Shown piece by piece: positions 1 to 9,178 of a stretch of DNA of 43,953 bases. Under the pieces are notes generated by a model. The model was not told the origin of the DNA, did not search any database, and was given only the letters and a program-made list of their open reading frames with translations. Position numbers and translations under genes: made by a program. The stretch covers positions 1 through 43,953 of the forward strand of contig JAJKHX010000321.1 of NCBI GenBank assembly GCA_021154785.1, in the 5' to 3' direction. The stretch comes from Nocardiopsis sp. (GTDB taxonomy: Bacteria > Actinomycetota > Actinomycetes > Streptosporangiales > Streptosporangiaceae). The first letter of the stretch is position 1. Each line of letters begins with the position of its first letter.

Positions 1-117
1 AACCGGCCGGCGGCGCATTATCTGCCCCGCGGATTCCCCCGGTCAGTTTTCCGTGCGGCCCGGATCTGTAGAGGTGAACGCAGATGAGGCCCGCCTCACA
101 TACATCAGGGAGCCCGC

Positions 118-1617
118 ATGTCAAGCCACCAGGTTTCAGGCGCGATCGCCTACCAGGAGGGTCCAGGGCCGGATCCGGTCCATCGCTGGCGCGCGTTCGC
201 GGTGCTGGCTGTTTCGTTCTTCATGACGGTCGCGGACCTCGCGATCGTCAACGTCGCGTTGCCGACCATCGGCCGCGAGCTGCACATGCCGGAATCGAGC
301 CTGCAATGGGTCGTCACCGGCTACGCGCTCACCTTCGGCGGCTTCCTGCTGCTCGGCGGCCGCGCCGCGGATCTCCTCGGGCGCCGCCGCATCCTGATCG
401 CCGGCCTGCTCGTGTTCACCGCGTCGTCGCTAGGCTGCGGGCTGGCAACAGCGGAATCGGTCCTGATCCCGATGCGCTTCCTGCAGGGGCTCGGCGCGGC
501 GATCGTGCTCCCGGCGGCGCTGTCGATCGTGATGAACATGTTCCCCGAGGGTGCCGAGCGGAACAAGGCCCTGGGCGTGTGGGGCGCCATCGGAGCGAGC
601 GGCGCGGCCGTCGGGGTGATGGCCGGCGGTCTGCTCACCCGCTATGTCGGCTGGCAGTACATCTTCTTCCTCAACGTCCCGATCGGGGCTGCGGCGCTGC
701 TGCTCGCCCCGCGCATCGTGCCAGAGAGCCGGCTCGACACGGCACGCCGGCGCTACGACCCGTTCGGCGCGGTCGCGGTGACCGGCGGCCTGTCGCTGCT
801 CGTCTACGCGATCTCGACCGCCCCACAGGTCGGGTGGGGTACGGCTAGGACGGTGACGCTGCTCGCGGTATCCGTCGCCCTGCTCACCGCCTTCGTGGTC
901 ATCGAGACGCGCGTGGAGGCGCCGCTGATGCCGCTGCGGATCTTCCAGAGCAAGACGCTGGCGGGTGCGAACGCGGTCGGCGTGCTGCTCGGCGGCAGCT
1001 TCTTCGCGTACATCTTCATCGGCACCCTGTATATGCAGCAGGTGCTCGGTTACTCCGCCCTGAAGGCTGGGCTCGCCTGGCTGGAGATGGCGCTCATCTC
1101 GGTAGCCTTCGCCGGCCTGTCGCAGGCGCTGGTCACCCGCGGCTCGGCCAAGCTCGTGATGGCGGCCGGAATGGCCATGATCGGCGGCGGCATCTTGTGG
1201 TCAACCCAGGTGCCCGTGCACGGCCACTTCTGGACCAGCCTGGCCGGGCCGTTCTTCATCGTCGGAGTCGGCACCGCATTTGCCTTCATCCCGGTCTCGA
1301 TCGCCGCCCTGGCTGGGATCGCCGAGCACGAGGCCGGCCTGGCCTCCGGGCTTATCAACACCTCCGAGCAGCTTGGCGGGGCGATCGGTATCGCCATAGC
1401 GTCCACGATCGCCGCCACCCGCGCCAGCACCTTGCTTCACCAGGGCGCCGCACCAGCCGCGGCGCTGACCAGCGGCTTCCAATGGGCCTTCTGGGCTTGC
1501 GGCGCCATCGGCCTGGCCGCGGTCCCGGTGACTTACCTCCTGGTCCGCCGCAACGAGCTAGCCACGGCGGTCTCCCGCACCTCCCAGAAGCCTCAGCCAG
1601 CACCTGCCGACATTTAA
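118..1617 (+). CDS. MFS transporter, DHA2 (EmrB/QacA-like, 14-TMS) drug/H+ antiporter family
   Basis: 499-aa ORF with GC3-rich codons and about 14 hydrophobic segments. A GGGAG Shine-Dalgarno lies ~7 nt upstream of the ATG. DHA2-type motifs are present: 'LPTIGRELH', 'GRAADLLGRRRILIAGLLVF' and 'PESR' after TM6. It is a paralogue of the 29960..31390 gene. Confidence 0.9.
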   Translation: MSSHQVSGAIAYQEGPGPDPVHRWRAFAVLAVSFFMTVADLAIVNVALPTIGRELHMPESSLQWVVTGYALTFGGFLLLGGRAADLLGRRRILIAGLLVFTASSLGCGLATAESVLIPMRFLQGLGAAIVLPAALSIVMNMFPEGAERNKALGVWGAIGASGAAVGVMAGGLLTRYVGWQYIFFLNVPIGAAALLLAPRIVPESRLDTARRRYDPFGAVAVTGGLSLLVYAISTAPQVGWGTARTVTLLAVSVALLTAFVVIETRVEAPLMPLRIFQSKTLAGANAVGVLLGGSFFAYIFIGTLYMQQVLGYSALKAGLAWLEMALISVAFAGLSQALVTRGSAKLVMAAGMAMIGGGILWSTQVPVHGHFWTSLAGPFFIVGVGTAFAFIPVSIAALAGIAEHEAGLASGLINTSEQLGGAIGIAIASTIAATRASTLLHQGAAPAAALTSGFQWAFWACGAIGLAAVPVTYLLVRRNELATAVSRTSQKPQPAPADI

Positions 1618-1654
1618 CCCGGACACCGCCTCATAGGAATCAAGGGAGTTCCGC

Positions 1655-2407
1655 ATGCCAACGCAAGAACTTTCCGGAACGACGGCACTGGTCACCGGCG
1701 TCAGCCGGGGTTTCGGCCGCGCCATCGCCGTCGCCCTGTCCAAGCACGGCGCGCACGTCGCCGGGGTCGCCCGCGACCCCCGTCGGCTCGAGGAACTGCA
1801 CGCACAACTCGGCGGCACCTTCATCCCCGTCGCCGCCGACGCCGCCGACCCCGTGCTCGCGGGCCAGCTCCTCGACAAGTACCGTCCCCGCACGGTGGTC
1901 CTCAATGCCGGGGCAGCTCCCCTGGCGCGGCCGATCCACCGGCAAACCTGGCAGACCTTCAGCCGCAACTGGGAAGTCGACGTACAGCACGTGTTCAACT
2001 GGACCCGCGAGGCGCTGCTGCTTCCCCTGGAGCCGGGCAGCGTGGTCATCGCCTTCTCCAGCGGAGCCGCGGTCAACGGCTCGCCACTCAGCGGCGGCTA
2101 CGCCGGAGCCAAGGCCACCATCCGGTTCATCGCGTCCTATGCCGCCGCGGAGTCCGGCCGGGACGCGCTCGGCATCAGGTTCACCTCGGTGCTGCCGCAG
2201 CTCACTCCGGAAACAGACCTGGGCGCGGCCGGAGTAGCCGCCTACGCCGCCAGGCAGGGCGTCGATATCCCCGCCTTCCTCGACCGCCTCGGCCCGGCGC
2301 TCACCCCGGAACAGGTAGGCACCGCGATCGTCGACATTGCCGCCGGCGCCGCCGATGACCGCGACGCGTACCTGCTCACCGCCACCGGCCTCAGCCCGGT
2401 GCGGTAA
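1655..2407 (+). CDS. SDR family oxidoreductase
   Basis: 250 aa. It has the N-terminal Rossmann motif 'ALVTGVSRGFGRAIA', 'NAG' and the catalytic 'YAGAKAT' (YxxxK). It starts 38 nt after the MFS stop. Confidence 0.9.
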   Translation: MPTQELSGTTALVTGVSRGFGRAIAVALSKHGAHVAGVARDPRRLEELHAQLGGTFIPVAADAADPVLAGQLLDKYRPRTVVLNAGAAPLARPIHRQTWQTFSRNWEVDVQHVFNWTREALLLPLEPGSVVIAFSSGAAVNGSPLSGGYAGAKATIRFIASYAAAESGRDALGIRFTSVLPQLTPETDLGAAGVAAYAARQGVDIPAFLDRLGPALTPEQVGTAIVDIAAGAADDRDAYLLTATGLSPVR

Positions 2408-2573
2408 TGGCCTCGTCACCTCTTCGGCGGCGGCCCACCACTGCCCAACATCCTGACGCCAGGGCGCGCCGTGCGCCGATGGCGCGCACGTCCAGGGCCA
2501 CCCCTGACGCCTTGACCCGTCCGAAGCTGGGTCCGTGATCACGAGATCAGCCACTCGAGAAGGAGAACCGACA

Positions 2574-3107
2574 ATGCGCAAGCTGATCGAATCGACCCTC
2601 GTCTCGCTCGACGGCGTCGTCGAAGCGCCCGAGCGGTGGGCCAGCTTCGACGCCGAGGCCACGGCATTGTCCCTCAAGGAACTGGGCAGCTACGACGCAT
2701 TCGTCATGGGCCGGGTGACCTACGAGAAGTTCTACGCGAACTTGGGCCATACCGCTGGCAACCCCTACATCGACCTCATCAGCGCCATGCCCAAGTACGT
2801 CGCATCCCGGTCGCTGACCCAGACGGCATGGAATGCCACCCTCCTCGGGCCCGACCCATCCAGCGCGATCGCCCGGCTGAAGGACCAGCCCGGCAAGGAC
2901 CTCGTCAAGTACGGCACCAGCCGCCTCGACGACACGCTCGTGCGACATCAGCTGATCGACGAGTTCCGCTTCTGGATCATGCCCGTCGTGGCCGGTTCAG
3001 GGCAACGGCTGTTCGAGCACGTGGACACCTCCGGGCTCAACCTCAGGCTCACCGGCGAGAGGAGGCTGGAGAACGGGTCGGTGATCCTCACCTATGCACC
3101 CGGCTGA
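2574..3107 (+). CDS. dihydrofolate reductase family protein (RibD C-terminal domain-like)
   Basis: The ORF track frame is 2535..3107. I prefer the internal ATG at 2574 because GAAGGAGA lies 8 nt upstream. 'MRKLIESTLVSLDGVVEAP...FVMGRVTYE...' and 'LIDEFRFWIMPVVAGSGQRLF' are typical of the YwjB/RibD_C family. Confidence 0.85.
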   Translation: MRKLIESTLVSLDGVVEAPERWASFDAEATALSLKELGSYDAFVMGRVTYEKFYANLGHTAGNPYIDLISAMPKYVASRSLTQTAWNATLLGPDPSSAIARLKDQPGKDLVKYGTSRLDDTLVRHQLIDEFRFWIMPVVAGSGQRLFEHVDTSGLNLRLTGERRLENGSVILTYAPG

Positions 3108-3586
3108 CCTCAGTCCATGCTCGGCGGGGCGGGAATGTCGTGCAATAGCAGGTGCACCCGTCCGGCGAACGGCAGCGGGCAGCGGGGCTCGACGACCAGC
3201 CGGCCAGGGCCGCCCAGCCCAGCCGGGCAACCCCGTTCCCACGGACACGGCCGCCGCCGCCCAAACCCGGCCAGGGTCCGTGACTCGGTGGCTTGGCTCC
3301 CGCGCGCGCGGTCGTTACGTCAGGGCGTCAGCTACCGGGGGCGCTCCGCAGCCTCATGGATGGCGTGCGCCCGGGCGGGGTTCCAGTACAGGGTGACGCG
3401 AGCTGGCGGGACGTCACCCGGCGATACCGCATGCGTCACCGGTATCACGTCCCTGCAAGGCCGCGGCAGCGCGGCTTGGTGAATCTGGCAAGCGGTAATC
3501 TACTTGTGGCCGGATGGCCTGACGATGACTCACAGTGCTGAGCCGCCGCCGGGCCGCGTGGAGACATCAGATGACCGGACAGCGGC

Positions 3587-6463
3587 ATGCTTCGGCGTGA
3601 TAAGCCGGCAGGCCTCGGCGGTAGCTCACCGAGGGCTGTCGCGCCTGTGGCTGCCCCGGCACAGGTCGCCGTGTCCGGGCAGGATGTCTTGCTGGCGACC
3701 AAGCTGCACATACCCCCGCCGCCGCCGGGTTTTGTGTCGCGCCAGCGTCTGGTGCAGGCGCTGGGCGCGGGCCTGGCCAGGGGCCGGGTGCTGGTGTGCG
3801 CTCCGGCGGGATCCGGCAAGACGGCGTTGCTGGCCGGCTGGGCCCGCGGTGACGGGCGGCCGGTGGCGTGGCTGGGCCTAGATGGCGGCGACAGCGACCC
3901 GGCCCGGTTCTGGCGCTACGCGGTAGCCGCGCTGGACCGGGCCCGGCCGGGGCTGGCCGGGCAGGTGGGTCCGCTGCCCTCGCGTTCGCCTGAGGGGCTG
4001 GTGACGGCCCTGATCAATGAGCTGGCCGCCGATCCCGGCCCGGATGAGGTGCTACTGGTCCTGGATGACTACCACCTGGTCGATTCCGGGCCGGTGCACG
4101 AGTCGGTGGCTTTCTTGCTGGAGAATCTGCCGCCGGGCCTGCGGGTGGTGGTGTCCGGCCGGGCTGACCCGCCGCTGCCGCTGGCGCGGCTGCGGGCCCG
4201 CGGCCAGCTGGCTGAGCTGCGCGCCGCCGACCTGCGCTTCACCGGTGAGGAGGCGGCGGCGCTGCTGGATGAGGCGCCCGGGCCGGCCCTGCCGGCCACG
4301 GCGGTGGCGGCGCTGGTGGCTCGCACCGAGGGGTGGGCGGCGGGACTGCAGCTGGCCGGGCTGTCGCTGCGGGGGCACGCGGACGCGGCCGGGTTCGTGG
4401 CGGCGTTCGGCGGTAGCCACCGGTTCGTGCTGGACTACCTGGCTGATGAGGTGCTAAACGGCCAACCCGCTCAGGTGCGCACGTTCTTGCTGGAGACCTC
4501 GGTGCTGGAGCGGTTGTCGGGCGAGCTGTGTGATGCGGTCACCGGCCGGGCCGGCAGCCAGGCGATGCTGGCCGACGTCGAGCAGGCGGGGCTGTTCTTG
4601 GTACCGCTGGACGACGTGCGTGGCTGGTGGCGCTACCACCACCTGTTCGCCGACCTGCTGCGCGCCCGGCTGCAGGCTGAGCAGCCCGGCCGGGTGCCGG
4701 CGCTGCACCAGGCCGCGGCCGCTTGGTGCGAGGAGCATGATCTGGCCGATGACGCGGTCCGGCACGCGCTGGCGGCCGGGGACACAGCCCGGGCGGCGCG
4801 GCTGGTCGAGCGGAACGTCGAGACGCTGCTGGGCCGCAGCGAGGGCGTGACCTTGGGCCGCTGGCTTTCGGCGCTGCCGGCGGAGTCGGTACGCAATCGT
4901 CCGCGGCTGTGCCTGGCCCAGGCGTACGGCGCCGCGCAGGGCTTCCAGGTGGAAACGCTCGAGACCCTGCTCGATGACGCCGAGCGTGCCCTTGCGGCCA
5001 GCGGCGACGAACCGTATGAGGACCCCGCCGGGCGGCCGGTGAGCGTGCTGGCAAATGTCCCCGCGGGGATCGCGTTCCTGCGTGCCTTGCTCGCTCGGCT
5101 GCGCGGTGATGCCGCCCTCGCGGCCGGCTACCACGGGCAGGCCCTAGCCCGATTGAGCGAGGATGACTGGCTGCTGCACTCCTTCGTGCGCTGGAACCTG
5201 GCGGTGGCGGACTGGCTGGGCGGCCGGCTCGGGGCAGCCGAGCGCGGCCTGGCCGAGGTGCTCGCCGGGCTGCGCGCGGCCGGCGAAGCGGTTCGCCGGA
5301 TAGGCGGGGAGCCCGTGGAGGTCTTCCGCGCCGTCGAAGGCGGCGCTGGGTTCTTCGCTGGCTTCCTGGCCATGCGTGTCCGCTACGACCTGGGCCAGGT
5401 GCAGCGCGCCCGGGGCGACCTGGATGCGGCGCTGGCGACCTACCGGCAAGCGCTGGGCACGGCCGGTGAGAGCAGCCAGCCGCCCCATCTGGGCCTGGCG
5501 CACGTCGGCCTGGCTCAGGTCTTGTATGAGCGGAACGAGCTGGACGCCGCCCTCGACCACGCCACCGAGGGGGTCACGCTGTGCCGGCAGCTTGCCGCTA
5601 CCCTGCCGCTGGCCACCGGCCTGGCTGTCGTGGCCCGGATCCGGCAGGTGCAGGGTGACGCGTCCGGGGCCCTGGAGGCGATGAGCGAGGCCGGGCAGGC
5701 CGGGCTGAGCCCGCAGGTGATCTCCCTATTCAACCCGGTGCCGTCGCAGCGGGCGCGGCTGCTGCTGGCCCAGGGAGACGTCCGCGCGGCCGGCCAGTGG
5801 GCAGCGGCTGCGGGTCTCGGCTCAGACGATGAGCCAGATTACGGGCGGGAGCCGGCATACCTGGTGCTGGCCCGGGTCCTGCTCGCCCAAGACAACCCCG
5901 GCCCGGCGCTCATGCTGCTGCAGCGGCTGCTCGGCGCCGCGGCTAGCCAGGGCCGGACCGGCAGCGTCATCGAGATCCAGGCGCTGCGGGCGCTGGCGCT
6001 GGCCGCCTGCGGCGATCACGCCGGCGCCCTCGGCGCGCTGACCGAGGCGCTCACGCTCGCCTGCCGGCATGGCTACGTCCGGGTCCTGGCCGACGAGGGC
6101 GCGCCGATGCGAGCCCTGCTCGCCCAGCTGCCCGCTGCCCGGCCGGGCCAGCAGCACGCGGCTGGCCGTACCAGCCCCGGCTACCTGGCCGCGCTTGTGC
6201 GCGCCTGCGGCCAGGCCGACACCGTGCCGCCGCGGAGGCGATCGGCGGCCGCGCCGCCGGGCCTGGCCGAGCCGCTGACCGACCGCGAGCTGGAGGTGCT
6301 GCGGCTGATCGCGGCGGGCAGCTCAAATCAGCGCATTGCCCACGATCTGGTGGTGGCGCTGGACACGGTCAAAAAGCACGTGACCCACGTGCTGGGCAAG
6401 CTCGGCGCCGCCAACCGCACCGAGGCCGCCGCCCGGGCCCGGCAGCTTGGCCTGATCCCTTGA
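3587..6463 (+). CDS. LuxR-family transcriptional regulator, large ATP-binding (LAL/MalT-like) type
   Basis: 958 aa. It has Walker A 'APAGSGKTALLAGW' and Walker B-like 'VLLVLDDYH', then a long Ala/Leu-rich TPR-like middle. The C-terminal LuxR HTH is 'LTDRELEVLRLIAAGSSNQRIAHDLVVALDTVKKHVTHVLGKLG'. The exact start is uncertain. Confidence 0.9.
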   Translation: MLRRDKPAGLGGSSPRAVAPVAAPAQVAVSGQDVLLATKLHIPPPPPGFVSRQRLVQALGAGLARGRVLVCAPAGSGKTALLAGWARGDGRPVAWLGLDGGDSDPARFWRYAVAALDRARPGLAGQVGPLPSRSPEGLVTALINELAADPGPDEVLLVLDDYHLVDSGPVHESVAFLLENLPPGLRVVVSGRADPPLPLARLRARGQLAELRAADLRFTGEEAAALLDEAPGPALPATAVAALVARTEGWAAGLQLAGLSLRGHADAAGFVAAFGGSHRFVLDYLADEVLNGQPAQVRTFLLETSVLERLSGELCDAVTGRAGSQAMLADVEQAGLFLVPLDDVRGWWRYHHLFADLLRARLQAEQPGRVPALHQAAAAWCEEHDLADDAVRHALAAGDTARAARLVERNVETLLGRSEGVTLGRWLSALPAESVRNRPRLCLAQAYGAAQGFQVETLETLLDDAERALAASGDEPYEDPAGRPVSVLANVPAGIAFLRALLARLRGDAALAAGYHGQALARLSEDDWLLHSFVRWNLAVADWLGGRLGAAERGLAEVLAGLRAAGEAVRRIGGEPVEVFRAVEGGAGFFAGFLAMRVRYDLGQVQRARGDLDAALATYRQALGTAGESSQPPHLGLAHVGLAQVLYERNELDAALDHATEGVTLCRQLAATLPLATGLAVVARIRQVQGDASGALEAMSEAGQAGLSPQVISLFNPVPSQRARLLLAQGDVRAAGQWAAAAGLGSDDEPDYGREPAYLVLARVLLAQDNPGPALMLLQRLLGAAASQGRTGSVIEIQALRALALAACGDHAGALGALTEALTLACRHGYVRVLADEGAPMRALLAQLPAARPGQQHAAGRTSPGYLAALVRACGQADTVPPRRRSAAAPPGLAEPLTDRELEVLRLIAAGSSNQRIAHDLVVALDTVKKHVTHVLGKLGAANRTEAAARARQLGLIP

Positions 6464-6544
6464 CACCGCACCCCAGCCTGCCCGGTACCACCTTCGGGTG
6501 AGGATCGGTCCCGCGGCGACATTCCACCCGGGAGGCACCTTCGG

Positions 6545-7384
6545 GTGACGCCCCACGGCGACCCGGATTCGTACCGTTCACCGAAGAGCCAGGCTACCCA
6601 TCTGCTCATGGAGGCCGTCATGTACGACCCGCCTGCCTATCTGTGGACGATCACCGTCGCCGGACCGACCGCGGTCGCGGCCCTGACCTGCATCGCGCTG
6701 TACGGCGGCGCGGAACGCGCCGGCCTGGGCCGAAGGCGCGGGGCGCTGCTCGCCGGGGCCGCGGCCGTCGTGCTCGGCGGCTGGCTCATCGCCAGCGCGG
6801 TGATCACGAGTCACGGCTGGTACCGCACCCTGCCGTGGTTTCCGGTCGCGGCGGCCGGCTACCTGGGCCTGCTGCTGGCACTGCGCCAGATCCCGGCGGT
6901 GGCGCGAGCCCTGGCGGCACCGGGCATGCTGAGCCGCCTGGAGCTCCCGCACACACCCCGCGTGGTCGGGGTGGCCTTCCTGCTCTACCTGGCGTCCGGC
7001 CACCTGCCGGCACTATTCGCCCTGCCCGCGGGCCTGGGCGACATCACCGCCGGCATCGCGGCGCTGCTGGTCGCCCGCAGGCTCGCGCGGGGCACCGGCC
7101 GCCGCGCCGCCCTGTGGTTTAACGCGTTCGGCATCACCGACCTGGTGGTGGCCCTGACCCTGGGCGCCCTTACCGGATTCCAGCTCCTCACCATCACCCC
7201 GTCCAGTGCGCCGATTACCGAGCTGCCGCTCGCGCTGATCCCGACCGCGACCGTGCCGCTGTTTTTCGCCCTCCACATCACGGCCGTGTCCGCGCTGGCA
7301 AGGGCTCCGCGGACACCGCTGCCCACCACCCCCCCGAACCCAGCAGTGAGGACCACCGAGGCTGCGGGAGCGGACGGCAACTGA
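6545..7384 (+). CDS. hypothetical integral membrane protein
   Basis: Multiple hydrophobic helices, for example 'LWTITVAGPTAVAALTCIALYG' and 'ALLAGAAAVVLGGWLIASAVI'. Possible starts are GTG 6545 (GGGAGG 9 nt upstream), ATG 6608, or ATG 6620 (GGAGG 5 nt upstream). No family was recognised. Confidence 0.7.
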   Translation: MTPHGDPDSYRSPKSQATHLLMEAVMYDPPAYLWTITVAGPTAVAALTCIALYGGAERAGLGRRRGALLAGAAAVVLGGWLIASAVITSHGWYRTLPWFPVAAAGYLGLLLALRQIPAVARALAAPGMLSRLELPHTPRVVGVAFLLYLASGHLPALFALPAGLGDITAGIAALLVARRLARGTGRRAALWFNAFGITDLVVALTLGALTGFQLLTITPSSAPITELPLALIPTATVPLFFALHITAVSALARAPRTPLPTTPPNPAVRTTEAAGADGN

Positions 7385-7467
7385 CCATCGTGCTGCCCCC
7401 ACCCTGTCTTAAATCTCATCAGATTCTGAATGGCTATCAGACGAGGACTACTGACCCCGGAGGATTC

Positions 7468-7769
7468 ATGAGCGAAAGGAAGCACGACGGTGGCGGCTGG
7501 ACCGCCAGCCAGGTGCCACCCCTGGCAGGCCGGTCTGCCGTGGTGACCGGTGCGACCTCCGGGATGGGGCTGGAAACTGCCCGGGTGCTCGCGCAGCGTG
7601 GCGCGACCGTCATCCTGGCCAGCCGCGACACCGACAGGGCCGAACGGGCAGCGGCCCAGGTCCGGTCCGCGAGCAGCGTAGCGCCCTGACCGGGCCGGCT
7701 GCTGGCCGCGCCGAGCGCGGCTACGACCACGACCAGGCTTACTGGCAGTCGAAGCTGGCCAACCCGCTA
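7468..7769 (+). pseudogene. SDR oxidoreductase remnant (N-terminal 73 aa plus out-of-frame YxxxK segment)
   Basis: ATG 7468 has GGAGGA upstream and gives 'LAGRSAVVTGATSGMGLETARVLAQRGATVILASRD', ending at TGA 7687. A different frame (7713..7769) reads 'ERGYDHDQAYWQSKLANPL', the SDR catalytic YxxSKLAN block. More than 100 aa between the two pieces, and the whole C-terminus, are missing. Confidence 0.7.
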
Positions 7770-7850
7770 TCTCGGCCTGGCAACGTAAGGTCAGCCAAGA
7801 TCGTCGTCGCCGAGGAAGCCCAGCAGGCGGGTCAGCACCGGCAGGCAGGC

Positions 7851-8207
7851 TCAGCGAGGATTATGGCGGGGGAGGGGTGCGTCGTTGAGCTGCTGGTCGA
7901 TGTCCACGAGGATGGCGTCGTCCTCGATTTTGCACGCGTAAACCGGGATGGCACCGCAGGCGAACACGCCGACCGCCTCGCCGGTGGTCAGGTTGTAGCG
8001 CGACGCGTGGGAGGCGCAGATCAGGGTGTCATCGTCATCGAGGCGGCCTTCGTGCAGGGGCTGCTGCTGGTGGGTGCAGGTGTTGTGGATCGCCCGGACG
8101 TCATCGTCGTCGAGGCGGATGAGGCAGACCGGTTCGCGCAGTTCCTCCACCAGCATGGTGTCACCGACCTCTATGTCATCGAGGTTCGCGACAACGACGA
8201 ACGCCAT
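7851..8207 (-). CDS. Rieske (2Fe-2S) ferredoxin-like protein
   Basis: This is the C-terminal 118 aa of track ORF 7851..8975, starting at ATG 8207 ('MAFVVVANLDDIEVGD'). The Rieske ligand motif reads 'CTHQQQPLHEG...17 aa...CASHASRY' (CxH...CxxH). The longer N-terminal extension is R/P/G-rich and overlaps the upstream gene, so I rejected it. Confidence 0.85.
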   Translation of the reverse strand: MAFVVVANLDDIEVGDTMLVEELREPVCLIRLDDDDVRAIHNTCTHQQQPLHEGRLDDDDTLICASHASRYNLTTGEAVGVFACGAIPVYACKIEDDAILVDIDQQLNDAPLPRHNPR

Positions 8208-8209
8208 GG

Positions 8210-9178
8210 CTATGTCCTTTCTTTTGCGGGTCGCCGAGGTGCCGGCAGGCTGCCGCGCACCTCTATCCAGCCGTTGCGGATCCGGGTCGGCAGCACGGGC
8301 TGCGGCTGGCTGGCCGGGCCGCGGCCGACGCAGCCGTCGGCGAGCGCGAAGCGGGCGCCGTGCAGCGGGCACGTCACGGTCAGGTCCGCGACCTCGCCGC
8401 GGCTGAGCAGGCCGCCGGCGTGGCTGCAGATGTTGTCGAGGGCGTAGAGGCTGCCGTCCTGCCGGTACAGCATGATCTGCCGGCCTTCGGCCTCGACGGC
8501 GGTGGGCGTGTCGTCCGGCAGGCCGGCCTCCTCCAGCGCGCGGACCCACCGCCGCGGCCCGGTGTTCCATGCCACCCGGTTGACCATCACGCCCTTGGTG
8601 AAGACGAGATGACCGCCGAGGTAGCCAGCCGCCGCCGTGACCGTGAAGCTGGCCGCGCCCAGGGCGCGGGCCGTACTGCGGTGGCCGGCCAGCCGGGTGC
8701 CCAGGGAGGCGCCCTGCAAGCCCAGGGCCACGGTGTTGATGATGCCGTGGAAGAGCCCGACGCGGCGGTCTTGATCCTCGCTGACGGTCCAGTCGGCCAG
8801 GCCGGTTACCGCGGTAGCGCCCGCGGCGAGGATGCCGGCCGCGCTGAGCATGCCCGCGGCGTCCATTCCGCGGCGGGGAGCTGAGCCGCGGTCCAGGACG
8901 TCCAGCACCGTGACGCCCGCCCACAGCCCGACCGGCAGGTCGCTCAGGGCGGGATGCAGCGGGTGGCCGATCCACCGGCCGCCATGCAGGACCTCGACGA
9001 CGGGATTGTCCTGGTGTCGTTCGCGGACCGGCACCAGCACGGCGGCCAGCCGTTCGCTCAGGTCGCGCAGCCAGCCGAGCCGGTCGAGCCGGGCCATGAG
9101 CTCGCCATGCCAGTCAGCCAGCCCGGGCTTGTGGTCGGCGGCTGGCGGATCGTCGGCCCGGTCGCTGCCTGCTCCCAT
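8210..9178 (-). CDS. membrane protein (DUF2231-like His-rich TM domain) fused to a C-terminal Rieske (2Fe-2S) domain
   Basis: 322 aa. 'GHPLHPALSDLPVGLW' plus four hydrophobic helices resemble DUF2231. The C-terminus carries 'CSHAGGLLSRG...CPLHGARF' (CxH/CxxH). GGAGGA lies upstream of the ATG. Its stop is 2 nt from the start of the downstream Rieske gene, suggesting an operon. Confidence 0.8.
   Translation of the reverse strand: MGAGSDRADDPPAADHKPGLADWHGELMARLDRLGWLRDLSERLAAVLVPVRERHQDNPVVEVLHGGRWIGHPLHPALSDLPVGLWAGVTVLDVLDRGSAPRRGMDAAGMLSAAGILAAGATAVTGLADWTVSEDQDRRVGLFHGIINTVALGLQGASLGTRLAGHRSTARALGAASFTVTAAAGYLGGHLVFTKGVMVNRVAWNTGPRRWVRALEEAGLPDDTPTAVEAEGRQIMLYRQDGSLYALDNICSHAGGLLSRGEVADLTVTCPLHGARFALADGCVGRGPASQPQPVLPTRIRNGWIEVRGSLPAPRRPAKERT

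Noticed and set aside
1-18. Possible start (ATG at 16..18, minus strand, 'MRRRPV...') of a regulator divergent from the first MFS gene
   Set aside because: Only six codons fall inside the window, so it cannot be supported.
1640-2677. 345-aa minus-strand ORF, and similar long antisense ORFs (20853..22322, 24339..25487, 16736..17872, 18713..20011, 40382..41725, 84..848)
   Set aside because: All lie opposite or out of frame to genes with clear family motifs. They have the low-complexity Arg/Gly/Pro/Ala bias of non-coding frames in high-GC DNA.
3108-3586. Possible gene fragments upstream of the LAL regulator (minus-strand 'GRLVVEPRCPLPFAGRVHLLLHDIPAPPSMD*' and 'VTHAVSPGDVPPARVTLYWNPARAHAIHEAAERPR*')
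   Set aside because: They look protein-like, but I cannot tie them to a family. They may be further remnants or chance ORFs, so I left them unannotated.
8208-8975. Upstream extension of track ORF 7851..8975
   Set aside because: It overlaps the DUF2231-Rieske gene in a different frame and has an R/P/G-rich composition. The Rieske ferredoxin starts at ATG 8207.
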